From Candidatus Omnitrophota bacterium (GTDB lineage: Bacteria > Omnitrophota > Gorgyraeia > Zapsychrales > Zapsychraceae): a DNA stretch of 54,603 bases. Every line of letters starts with the position of its first letter. The first letter of the stretch is position 1. Shown piece by piece: positions 12,001 to 15,496 of the stretch. The notes beneath the pieces were generated by a model. The model worked only from the letters and a program-made list of their open reading frames with translations, was not told the origin of the DNA and searched no databases. Where the stretch lies: positions 1 to 54,603 of the forward strand of contig JAKLDK010000003.1 in NCBI GenBank assembly GCA_022703565.1, read 5' to 3'. A program made the position numbers and the translations under genes.

Positions 12001-13092
12001 GCAAAGATGTTTAAGCTCGATCCGCCAATAATGGTATTCGTTATTCAAGAAGTTATCGCTCAAGCAAATCGTAATAAAATAATTTATATCCGAGAAGAAT
12101 TGATGCCGGTTCTGGCCAAGGATTTGAATATGTTTGGACAAGAGGTAACTGAGGTTAACACAAAGCCAATTGGTTCGGTCGTTGCCATATCGACTTCAAC
12201 AAATGGAGCACCGACGGATGGAACTTGGCGGAACTATTATGAAGGTAAATTAAGAAATCCGGATAACGCTTTATATGGGCAAATATTCGAGCAGTTAGTA
12301 AATAACTTTGTTAATGCCAAAGCTGATTCTGATTGGGCGGTATTTGCTGCAAGCGAGAGAAAGAATCCTGATTCTGTTTGGAATGGAGTGTTTACTGAAG
12401 TTGATAGGAGATTAACAAAATCTAATGTTGGCAATAGCGGCGCAATTCCACCCAAGGACGATGCCCATATTAATGCCGGCGCAATACCTCCGTCAGCCAA
12501 ATTAACGATAACAAATGATTTAGTTTTTGTTCAAGTTTATCCGATATATCCCATAGCAATATTAAATAACTTTAATCCAAATGATGATGAAAGAAATAGG
12601 CGTTCGTCGGTTGTCGCGATAAAAACTGAAGTAAACGGCGCGCCTTTAGATGGAACGTGGAAAACCTATTATGAAGGGTATTTAAATAATCCGGATAAGG
12701 CTTTATATGGACAGATATTTGAAAGTTTGGTGAATAACTTTATTAACGCCGCACCGCAATCTGACTGGGCAGTATTTGCGGGAGAAGAAAGACAAAAGGC
12801 AAGTTCCGTTTGGCAAGTTGTATTTAGTGAGGTTGATAAGAGATTGATGGCCGACTCAATTAAAGGATATTTTAAATATCTAGATGAAGCTGCTCTCGCT
12901 AATCCATCTGCGGAAGTATTGCCTTTGTCTGATAGTTTTCAATTGATTGAATTAACCGCAATGGGAAAGTTTACCGTCGATGTATCTAATATCGGGATTT
13001 TTAACCTGCCGGCCATTGCTAATTCGGCACCTGTTCCAGCCTTAGTATTTTCACCTCTTAAATATCATCCGCTTGAGGAAGTAGCAAAATAG
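1..13092 (+). CDS. Giant multidomain protein, at least 4,358 aa; 5' end probably truncated by the window
   Basis: Uninterrupted frame-1 ORF ending at TAG 13090-13092. The frame is also open from nt 1 to the first ATG at nt 16, and no Shine-Dalgarno is visible before nt 16, so the true start may lie upstream of the window. It contains several recognisable modules, listed as separate features. Confidence 0.9.
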   Translation, partial: YDKKEMLESISFHEYLEVLRGEDHLQANRDTKAIDEFCDSLTKVQQFIFELAIEAVFEDTPEIVVVPESNLDSFFLNLSARRSYEYSRYSNKTEKRSTHELFPGVEILSLHPSWNSDDLTGEAYWSEGNQENMPTIYPSSGQKTVVDMEVARENVFVVFEIEEMEHRNVIFLRIKKEGKQYLVITDEGRYEITRSSTGLLNWIEQNGYEIIEGHNYILGGKHNTFGWQGIGEEEAIIIDERGQLKTARKPKEDEADSTDNIEDDVDNDDNSLDADKDKGNDNVDQDNLRIKNLGITLSFLPNRSNVFIGPRGYGFHNNGRFTVHFWGEDKTKVQVPEEYAKDKKEAFVGITVRVIENLIYEYGLQASGRMITEEDFNRILKAVSSSALYGYLAKRFIYYDQEDLINEIFYEHDRQRQQIDWNAYCELWKKVLAVFISPEVIKNIEGTSKSAWKPVNEIRGLYYGFSLAVRMLRNYDHYFADFFTYWFKRINKSGELNKVAANFIKEANFAFNPGYGFYDGIGDHDTHACIHWYFPQFSRFPFIYLQNKISLLRVVGGYGHNRHELCSYICREGWEHLVVSEFFVGKNDRGYGREMVFASVQKLVEKYGMAIFTKVALQAEEDTEEVFKFIGDNSYLFEDENDFSTEIDNSKINYITAILKAVRADDNKSLDGIIKLLKSEYLDLLIAMLGKRGTETFFAYLVEKPENKKLLTEIVDFLFGEVITRDSALALGVIRNKTKDQDLRKRIEDDAVALLKTKGLKTEAYILSADIIRFIGFEHSISLWRDNAKAESANEEETKRSLSTLYQLINLNGLDSNAYLALARAIGRFGAVDWEEGYVNANTLACVERVIKMRGLNPIAYIAAIEAAKAIISTNPQLVGTKEIRLIIEYLKREELNSGILAAIVALIAEIRKHNSVHFNQMLIDLLAQALIQKKIVACGQDDEILKRNFLGDYINGVYSSFVNEVIESDETVIKGNLVVILNVIAMARNDLYEAIYNKLELFLRSMMPANIVLLMREEQESGMMIKLMADFSSNKKLDEYKAILNNSEEIQSIINLIENLKKAFISSLSINMYGRITGGWDGIENILGMVTTYPYVVSFLINKIVITMRFISQGLGEDTGFRAMANVEERLPGLRAKLLEVLDIYSLPLLHKRRLIKALPLGTRDQLNDLREQAVQLVTAIVGGDSRAGLVGEIRDRIHNRPSPQDLIILKHYREFVESDGKERTGLERLGYSIAESDVITDQFIKQRILRSCDQLIVTLEEVYGEGSINSITQIFEAWSGSVNPPELLSEKIRDTIENCKFGLEELESFIGARLALNEYLMSETGEKRYQSIKLDNRLELLFYRTFNEIFSDEVSISAYSYSDKIRFLRLLLMNTAANGYQTQMLKSIEGELQTLENEANPLRLYSILTRIERVIKEASSESIDDYQAFAEGIAKDTRIEGDNYFWVETFSSNIFRSDTIYLLSLFLKEIKEWVMEEANVSGWQIVAPGKMEGKLRYIKNVNQLSRVKEDEIIVIESMPDVPVVTNVAGIITLKEDTLLSHPAIRARKNSIPFFVCSNLEVLEKYFGKCVSISLTEGQMPKIRVAKEQVVQLEKKNGNGNSVKLPEVNLDSVRILLPDEYEKDTVGNKAFLLEALNKLLPENISTTKSITLSFAFFEYILSLPQNAQVKKEINGLLRQARIKGEKNQRKKLFKLRKLFLMLVIPDETIKDISDSIIANVGTGLVFVRSTSNAEDLKDYAGAGLYDSFPAIDPQDLISLSFHIKRVWASIWTDRAFYDREENHVDHKKVRMAVLIQEMIPSSFSFVVHTENPANGSADEMIIEIVQGLGEALVSGAGIYQGLAHRYSYNKKTKEIKRLSYANKNKRLILAGGDVIRKGINYAEDIFTINAELSVGIVRVIAEVAQTIEQKSNQARDIEGCIVLKDINNPSVYFVQDRAQQKENGNGNGQIANNANEIRNDESDSSAESYPATLPVDNKKERNALPQEKSLIEQSFGLSQDALAEFKVITVINPNQRIAVRVVRRDVKAYLYVNPNLLRAPPEVLRVIFEGHELFHILYPNESEEQIQKRTIKFLIDNNLLEGHIKYLKQNDIGLVAQPKWLALLEGEYRGGNPLTMGEEDISASPRNYEENLQERILSNYYLSWSSLLMFLTGFIVLFFGHANEELFQKKIYYAPEIIVSHATSFASSFAIAWLFNLCFTIMLQKVHKFKTSKLVVASIISGLIGVIYTTLPETIIHWGVQDKQDIYAGICGVILWLILNALNVVFGVKTIKNKNTEFDFGLEAECESAGIEGEYRGGNPSTMGEEDISASPIINSDDNLLAEKPKATEVKSPTEGFKAPLDNKSPEEIVAEQRPVEDEDIAQVDFEYYTKVGLLAISLYNKEIALSDVSADLRKDVKTLWDLMEANRNKHPEYEMEYGRNREQSALILGYYLMSMIKALEVAKKNKKVRVALSASLGSGKTISAGALARYMYEKYKSENILMIMPNDKVADAFGKDRFIFGDAPLIEIDGRNADKQMSLPGIKIVSFRAFLELARYHPEIVKSSFGIIGEIDSFLRENPLITGPARDGEKVLEIAGEVANKIRKGARLKTLPVIEQMAYEVGRRNERMLVQREAIFDLIDGIIGDNRENIVYDRNRGAQFRKVRLDSEALSPYEKFEIGIRELIAAKILMLENEKENERIANIVLDIIWKRWSPEFVIQNGKKIALLCRKQSYVQPDTIPGDYITAQMLVIEAARRMNKPVDRAEFLNASQFKSENPTHATDALRLLKGIVSDGGSAKSEKLQLAQLNFQVKEIVPEDDLTKLGKLVLVEGKNTVEILQDELASDDFRAGGLTLVSVRRAQYEEIIKGITPDGYFVDANGKRRRIIFVGEKEPGKVNKEQLKIAEEHICDIQKDGSAEELVIVYLGLSAGSNIVERLKDAKTLPLINILRIGSMERAEVSQLFGRGDIALINNGRLKVNCAKSVIDIATDSKIASAEIERGREALNLPDEDSIYAQRIVFEAIMDGIQASAQIGKVLQVSRHLGKEAEERLEQDIRDYLRELDDVRAVNAFELELEKDEIDIPLYSGDGVKTYKREYPDGRLQPVFLSQRVDQALDYKTNERTTTAITARLIYKPEPEDPNQLTFVNGYILSNVQIEDLNLTQGDNIQEQGILMPVYDSKQVGQIKAVYFEGEIHAVLDEKMFVKKFVDESFDTSLFIRHQWYSIEVDRYKPENLEPRPAGYLLEGPMEVFVQLGIKFNEDDLARNEYGKLVVRKLVSLAEYKSLVEFPSQRAEEGIFNDGILANFQNYLNASIIEKDQCEPITDEDIQEFTQAIEGIKRNLRKVILGNKAKLMASLIRLFSHEYFVFTTLAKYRKLLDVLAPIAKLKSPTDRDKMDKVLIRAVRLAIDEGMKKEDVAKFYSDMQRIIDLEPVLLSDAIELALKEYELFIELNNRPQMLKELSPIIEEGVLKDSSKLELLIKNAIDIVTKEETILRRENQAALQEAYEHVLRIEKVLLAKRPKKEEELAKWVDDLESIRQTRMIISDMKNKDNSRVNYYFNSLSSRDINRKLAEFMSYVIGEKNLARAKGLSKAQKLHIQKAIDYFDRHKIARNKALLIRVMHELRGRFTAAHGGRFKNLKNFFGGRDVNIFDFLRQILQEELAKRLQNRQRMFLKYTIIHESQGLIKIAAHETHVEDLKNWESNFKRVENNDEGLEAAVLTAREALAHIAIEPKDEFGISDDDFINLNSGLVYGAEGNYKAIFRDGVWSKVENNRFHYELPQKHDDIEVIADGKIDSEGLVTERLTVTGSRAILQNEESSKGILRTDNHAAVLKDIEVINSAKDIIRVRNVYRGDLNNILRHLKGSAAADEPEMIENLADETARNSLDESMFASNGRIKPDLKEIIINQAERNIVSIPDRNIFGEITHSVREVVLVPILSAWGGVYSTININIVPFNILRNDKSGLFNEEAGKTKHIISAELDKLLSGISDYLKYLFDLLAKFMKLLSNAIEMMIEVAKMFKLDPPIMVFVIQEVIAQANRNKIIYIREELMPVLAKDLNMFGQEVTEVNTKPIGSVVAISTSTNGAPTDGTWRNYYEGKLRNPDNALYGQIFEQLVNNFVNAKADSDWAVFAASERKNPDSVWNGVFTEVDRRLTKSNVGNSGAIPPKDDAHINAGAIPPSAKLTITNDLVFVQVYPIYPIAILNNFNPNDDERNRRSSVVAIKTEVNGAPLDGTWKTYYEGYLNNPDKALYGQIFESLVNNFINAAPQSDWAVFAGEERQKASSVWQVVFSEVDKRLMADSIKGYFKYLDEAALANPSAEVLPLSDSFQLIELTAMGKFTVDVSNIGIFNLPAIANSAPVPALVFSPLKYHPLEEVAK
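4300..5820 (+). other. Alpha-glucan/phosphoglucan water dikinase-like (PEP-utilising family) phosphotransferase module inside the giant ORF
   Basis: A swivel phospho-His segment WQIVAPGKMEGKL...ESMPDVPVVTNVAGIITLKEDTLLSHPAIRARKNSIPFFVC (candidate catalytic His codon 4627-4629) is followed by a PPDK_N-type nucleotide-binding domain. That domain reads GNKAFLLEAL ... VRSTSNAEDLKDYAGAGLYDSFPAI ... VWASIWTDRAFYDR ... MAVLIQEMIPSSFSFVVHTENP ... VQGLGEALVSG ... DIEGCIV...YFVQDRAQ. His domain before nucleotide domain is the order I recall for plant GWD/PWD, not for PpsA or PPDK. Confidence 0.65.
6154..6168 (+). other. HExxH zincin-like motif (SprT/WLM/DUF45-style context) inside the giant ORF
   Basis: The translation reads YLYVNPNLLRAPPEVLRVIFEGHELFHILYPNESEEQ. 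HELFH is preceded by a hydrophobic strand-helix pattern typical of minimal zincins. This is motif-level evidence only. Confidence 0.3.
6314..6379 (+). repeat. 66-nt direct repeat, copy 1 (encodes EGEYRGGNPLTMGEEDISASP)
   Basis: 64 of 66 nt are identical to 6875-6940. The offset is 561 nt (187 codons), so the two copies are in frame. Confidence 0.95.
6408..6830 (+). other. Block of four predicted transmembrane helices in the middle of the giant ORF
   Basis: Four hydrophobic stretches of 18-25 aa are present: LSWSSLLMFLTGFIVLFFG, TSFASSFAIAWLFNLCFTIML, LVVASIISGLIGVIYTTL and IYAGICGVILWLILNALNVVFGV. I saw no comparable hydrophobic block elsewhere in the ORF (by-eye reading). Confidence 0.6.
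6875..6940 (+). repeat. 66-nt direct repeat, copy 2 (encodes EGEYRGGNPSTMGEEDISASP)
   Basis: Near-identical to 6314-6379. Together the two copies bracket the four-TM block. Confidence 0.95.
7267..8880 (+). other. Degenerate SecA-like DEAD-motor ATPase module (NBD1, PPXD-like insert, NBD2) inside the giant ORF
   Basis: Several segments align by eye to SecA:
- Walker A LGSGKT (7375-7389) followed by ILMIMPNDKVA, compare SecA VVTVNDYLA.
- IIGEIDSFLRENPLITGPA, compare SecA DEVDSILIDEARTPLIISG.
- EFVIQNGKKIALL...ITAQMLVIEAARR, compare dYiV.dg...GLHQAvEAKE.
- GIVSDGGSAKSEKLQLAQLNFQVKEIVP, compare GMTGTAkTEeeEF..IY.l.VvvIP.
- SMERAEVSQLFGRGDIAL, compare tERhEsrRIDnQLrGRsGRQGD. Confidence 0.5.
12172..12860 (+). 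repeat. Duplicated C-terminal domain of about 85 aa (two copies, roughly 60 percent aa identity)
   Basis: Copy 1 (about 12172-12425) reads GSVVAISTSTNGAPTDGTWRNYYEGKLRNPDNALYGQIFEQLVNNFVNAKADSDWAVFAASERKNPDSVWNGVFTEVDRRL. Copy 2 (about 12601-12856) reads SSVVAIKTEVNGAPLDGTWKTYYEGYLNNPDKALYGQIFESLVNNFINAAPQSDWAVFAGEERQKASSVWQVVFSEVDKRL. Confidence 0.9.
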
Positions 13093-13109
13093 GGACAGAC
13101 ACCAATTAT
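13086..13109. repeat. Left arm of a 24-nt inverted repeat (AAAATAGGGACAGACACCAATTAT)
   Basis: Its reverse complement occurs at 13680-13703 with one mismatch. This arm overlaps the TAG stop of the giant ORF. Confidence 0.9.
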
Positions 13110-13134
13110 TTTAATGTAGTCTCTTCATGTTTTT

Positions 13135-13143
13135 TGATATAAT
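13135..13143 (+). promoter_or_regulatory. Extended -10 promoter element TGATATAAT
   Basis: It matches TGnTATAAT and lies 10 nt upstream of ATG 13153, with no Shine-Dalgarno between. This would give a leaderless or near-leaderless transcript. The same 9-mer occurs at 22342-22350. Confidence 0.35.
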
Positions 13144-13152
13144 CAAAAAGCT

Positions 13153-13596
13153 ATGACTAAAAAAATATTATTCTTTGTTTTATTTTTTGCGATTCTTTTG
13201 CAAAATGTTTTTGCTCAAGGGATAAAAGTTGATATGTCCCGTTATAAAGAAGTTTGGGTTGAACGTGACCCGATAAAAGGAATTAATCCTTGGGAGGCAT
13301 TCTGGCTTAAGAAGAATAAAAAGAGGAGGATTACGCAATTTCCTCGCAACAATCCTTTATTCATTGAGTCGGCTGAGGCAGAAATAATAAAAAGTTATTA
13401 CCTTGAGCAAGGATTGCAGGTGATGAGAGTGGATTCCTGGTCATATAAACAGCGTTATGGCGAACAAAAAGAGACTTGCCCAAAAGATGATTGCCCTGCC
13501 GGATACACTTTATTTTTACTTATTCCTCGCACGCAACTTAATAAGGCCCAACAATTAGGATTTAAAGAATTCAATATTCTTGAGCGCAATTTCTAA
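13153..13596 (+). CDS. Small secreted protein of unknown function (147 aa)
   Basis: ORF with an N-terminal signal peptide MTKKILFFVLFFAILLQNVFA|QG. I recognise no family. The gene is flanked by the 24-nt inverted repeats. Confidence 0.6.
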   Translation: MTKKILFFVLFFAILLQNVFAQGIKVDMSRYKEVWVERDPIKGINPWEAFWLKKNKKRRITQFPRNNPLFIESAEAEIIKSYYLEQGLQVMRVDSWSYKQRYGEQKETCPKDDCPAGYTLFLLIPRTQLNKAQQLGFKEFNILERNF

Positions 13597-13679
13597 ATAT
13601 TGATATAAGCACTGCTTCGGGGGGCATTTTCCATAAAGATTCGCAAGTCTTCAAATTCTTATCCTTAAACCTTAAACTG

Positions 13680-13703
13680 ATAATCGGTGTCTGTCCCTAT
13701 TTT
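13680..13703. repeat. Right arm of the 24-nt inverted repeat (reverse complement AAAATAGGGACAGACACCGATTAT)
   Basis: 23 of 24 nt match 13086-13109. This arm abuts the mutL TAA stop (13703-13705), sharing its first base. Two CTTAAAC heptamers (13664-13677) lie immediately next to it. Confidence 0.9.
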
Positions 13704-15490
13704 TAGGTTCTTAAGAATTGTTTGTCTAAGAATTCTTCTTTAACTTCCACAATAATTGGACGGCCGTGCGGGCAGGTAAAGGGATCAACGCAATTTAAGA
13801 GTTGTTTTTTGTGATAATTGGCAGCATCCGCGTTTACAATATCACCGGCCTTTATCGACGCGCGGCAGGCCCGACGGGCTAAAGCGTCAATATTGTTTTT
13901 GTCAATAACCTCACCGCTAAAGATATTACGTACAGCACGCTCGACATCGCTAAAAATTCGTGGATGCGTGTGTATGGCGATTGTTTCCTGGTCCCATTGA
14001 TTGTTTTCAAACCCGAATTTATCTAAAATGTTTTGTAATTCCTCATAGGCAATTAATTCTTGCGCGGTTAATTTGATTAAGACTGGGCTCAGGAGCCTTT
14101 GGACCTCGACGCTATTTTTAGAAATCTGCCGAATGATTGTCTCGTAACCAATCCGTTCTGCCGCTGCATGCTGGTCAACGACAAGTAAAGAGCGTTCTGA
14201 TTCAAATAAAAGATATTTATTTGAGAATTGCCCGATATAATTTGCGGCTGCTAATTTCTTCTCTAATGTTGTTTCTTGGCCCGGGAACTTTATGTCGCTT
14301 GGTAGATAATATTTATTTTCTGTAACAGCTGTCTGTGCTTTTTGGGGCGAAGCGATATTCCCGCGGGTAAAAAATGTTTTCGCGTTATCAAAAATATGTT
14401 CTAGGCTTTCTTGAATTTCATTCGAGCCTCTGGCTGGCTTAATAGTGTTTTGAATGCTATTAGGCGGTAACGGGAAGATGCTTTCTTTGGTGCTGCCTTT
14501 TTGCATCAATGTTTGCTCACAAAATTGTTTTAAAATAAAACAAAGCTCCTGCTCGTCTTTCATTTTTATTTCTTTTTTCGTCGGATGGATATTAACGTCG
14601 ATATCTTCCGGCGGCATATCAATAAGCACGACAAAGAAACCGAAAGTGTTATCCGGCATAATTAAGCGGAAACATTGGTTTAGGTGAAAGGAGATGTTTT
14701 TGTTAAAAACCGGGCGGTTGTTCACAAAGAGGTATTGCAAATCGCGCCGGGCGCGGGAAATATTAATATCGCCGGCGAATAATTTGATGCGGATATTCCT
14801 CTGTGGTAAATCCTGCGACGATTCCAAAATATATTTGCTTTCTAAATGCAAGGCCTCCGCAATTCTTTCTTTATGGCTTAAGGTGGACTTAAGGTCAATT
14901 AAGTTTTTATCTTGATGCGACAGTAAAAAACGTTTGTCGGGATAAAGAAGAGTGTAGGGAATAAAAATGTTTAAGACTTGCTGAATTTCCGCCGAGTTTG
15001 ATTTTAAGAATTTACGTCGGGCCGGGGTATTAAAGAAAAGCTCATTGATTCTAATTTCGGTGCCGTGTTCTTTGAAAGCCGAGGGGCGGAAATTAATTTT
15101 ATCGCCGCCTCTTAAGTGTATTTCATAGGCGGAGTCTTCTGATTTTGTTTTGCTGGTTAAAACAACATCCGATATTGCGGCAATCGAATAAAGCGCCTCT
15201 CCGCGGAAGCCTAATGACTTAATCGCAAAAAGGTCTTCAATGGATGAGATTTTGCTGGTCGTATGCCTTAAAAATATCTTTTCTAAATCGTCCTGTTCAA
15301 TTCCGGTTCCGTTATCTTTAATAATAATCTCTTTTTTACCGGCATCTTTTAGGGAAACTTCGATTGATGAAGCCTCGGCATCCAAAGAGTTTTCCATAAG
15401 TTCTTTAACGACGGAGGCCGGCCTTTCGACCACCTCGCCAGCGGCAATCTTGCTGATAACTTCTGGCGCTAATATTCTTACGTTACCCAT
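13703..15490 (-). CDS. mutL: DNA mismatch repair protein MutL
   Basis: The N-terminal GHKL ATPase motifs are clear: ILAPEVISKIAAGEVVERPASVVKELMENSLDA, DNGTGI and GFRGEAL. A C-terminal dimerisation region is present. The gene lies 6 nt downstream of mutS. Confidence 0.95.
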   Translation of the reverse strand: MGNVRILAPEVISKIAAGEVVERPASVVKELMENSLDAEASSIEVSLKDAGKKEIIIKDNGTGIEQDDLEKIFLRHTTSKISSIEDLFAIKSLGFRGEALYSIAAISDVVLTSKTKSEDSAYEIHLRGGDKINFRPSAFKEHGTEIRINELFFNTPARRKFLKSNSAEIQQVLNIFIPYTLLYPDKRFLLSHQDKNLIDLKSTLSHKERIAEALHLESKYILESSQDLPQRNIRIKLFAGDINISRARRDLQYLFVNNRPVFNKNISFHLNQCFRLIMPDNTFGFFVVLIDMPPEDIDVNIHPTKKEIKMKDEQELCFILKQFCEQTLMQKGSTKESIFPLPPNSIQNTIKPARGSNEIQESLEHIFDNAKTFFTRGNIASPQKAQTAVTENKYYLPSDIKFPGQETTLEKKLAAANYIGQFSNKYLLFESERSLLVVDQHAAAERIGYETIIRQISKNSVEVQRLLSPVLIKLTAQELIAYEELQNILDKFGFENNQWDQETIAIHTHPRIFSDVERAVRNIFSGEVIDKNNIDALARRACRASIKAGDIVNADAANYHKKQLLNCVDPFTCPHGRPIIVEVKEEFLDKQFLRT

Positions 15491-15496
15491 ATTAGA

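Noticed and set aside
227-12500. About twenty short antisense or alternate-frame ORFs of 60-143 aa inside the giant ORF, for example 4512..4943(-) and 10770..11150(-).
   Set aside because: All are nested in a much longer, clearly coding frame. They have low-complexity or odd composition and no start signals, so they are most simply frame shadows of the giant gene.
13086-13703. Calling the inverted-repeat-flanked segment an insertion sequence.
   Set aside because: It has no transposase or recombinase ORF and no visible target-site duplication outside the arms. It is kept only as an unexplained IR-bounded cassette.
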